Source: Candidatus Latescibacterota bacterium (GTDB lineage: Bacteria; Latescibacterota; UBA2968; UBA8231). Taken from it: a stretch of DNA of 64,000 bases. A model generated the notes under the pieces. That model was not told where the DNA came from. It saw only the letters and a list, made by a program, of their open reading frames with translations, and searched no databases. Below are positions 63,316 to 64,000 of the stretch, piece by piece; the first letter of the stretch is position 1, and the number at the start of each line of letters is the position of its first letter. The DNA lies in contig CBDETK010000013.1 of NCBI GenBank assembly GCA_965242865.1, positions 1,728,001 through 1,792,000 of the forward strand. Reading direction: 5' to 3'. The position numbers and the translations under genes were made by a program.

Positions 63316-64000
63316 ATGCTTCGCAAGATAACGCTCGCGGTCGGCACCGCCCTGTTGCCGACCCTGGCTGCAGCGGCCCGCATCGGCGTCACCGACGCCG
63401 ATATTCCGGTCGGCACCAACGTGGAATGGACCGCGGACAACGAGTACGTGCTCAACGGCTTGGTTTTTGTCGGCGAGGGTTCCTCGCTGACGATTCAGGC
63501 CGGCACGGTCATCAAGGGCAAGCCGGGACGAGGCGAAAACGCCAGCGCCCTCGTCGTGGCCCGCGGCGGCAAAATTTTTGCCGAGGGCACTCCAGATAAA
63601 CCGATCATTTTCACCGCCGAAGCCGACGACGTCCGCGATCCCGCCGACTTGCCGCTCGACGCCCGCGGCCTCTGGGGCGGCGTCATCATCCTCGGTCGGG
63701 CGAGCCTCAACTCCGAGCCGGGCGAAACCCCCATTGAGGGGATTCCCACCACCGAGCCGCGCGGCCTCTACGGCGGCGACGACGACAGCGACAACTCCGG
63801 CGTCTTTCGCTACGTGTCCATCCGCCACGGCGGCACCGACATCGGCGCCGGCAACGAAATCAACGGCCTGACCTTGGGCGGCGTCGGCCGCGGCACGGTC
63901 GTCGAGTACGTCGAGGTGTACAACAACCAAGACGACGGCTTTGAGTGGTTCGGCGGCACGGTCAACACCCAGTATCTGGTTTCGGCCTTCAATGGCGACG
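63316..64000 (+). CDS. Secreted right-handed beta-helix protein of the type found beside TonB-dependent receptors (runs off window; not in ORF track)
   Basis: RBS AGGAGG; my translation: MLRKITLAVGTALLPTLAAA..LTIQAGTVIKG..GGKIFAEGTPDKPIIFT..GLWGGVIILG..DNSGVFRYVSIRHGG..NEINGLTLGGVGRGT..DDGFEWFGG. Confidence 0.88.
   Translation, partial: MLRKITLAVGTALLPTLAAAARIGVTDADIPVGTNVEWTADNEYVLNGLVFVGEGSSLTIQAGTVIKGKPGRGENASALVVARGGKIFAEGTPDKPIIFTAEADDVRDPADLPLDARGLWGGVIILGRASLNSEPGETPIEGIPTTEPRGLYGGDDDSDNSGVFRYVSIRHGGTDIGAGNEINGLTLGGVGRGTVVEYVEVYNNQDDGFEWFGGTVNTQYLVSAFNGD

Noticed and set aside
63214-63930. 238-aa minus-strand ORF
   Set aside because: Shadow of the plus-strand gene starting at 63316, which has an RBS, a signal peptide and family motifs.

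Overview
64 kb of a GC-rich bacterial chromosome. The FlgD-Ig C-terminal domain, DUF2723, tandem double UvrA, and ankyrin and internalin-type LRR surface proteins suggest an FCB-group bacterium such as Latescibacterota or Gemmatimonadota, possibly host (e.g. sponge) associated; this is inference only. Housekeeping blocks: an FtsX/LolD-type ABC system, an amino-acid symporter, a 2-oxoacid/acetoin dehydrogenase E1 pair, ferredoxin plus nitrite/sulfite reductase, galU, namZ/GT2/DUF2723, a 1889-aa double UvrA, and a complete porin-pstSCAB-phoUBR operon. That operon is divergent from a TonB-dependent receptor and a secreted beta-helix protein, and each promoter region carries 11-bp-periodic Pho-box-like repeats. 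Accessory regions: (i) 1.1-5.2 kb, a poly-C leader ORF whose frame decides whether it overlaps a lipoprotein start, followed by a repeat-bounded cassette carrying an ankyrin lipoprotein (the best novelty candidate); (ii) an N4/N6 methyltransferase plus HNH nuclease pair; (iii) IS982-like copies; (iv) two LRR paralogs with constant ends and different repeat arrays; (v) a decayed defence/TA island around an IS630 (46.4-49.1 kb). No rRNA, tRNA or CRISPR array was seen. All family calls come from motif recognition by eye, not from database searches.
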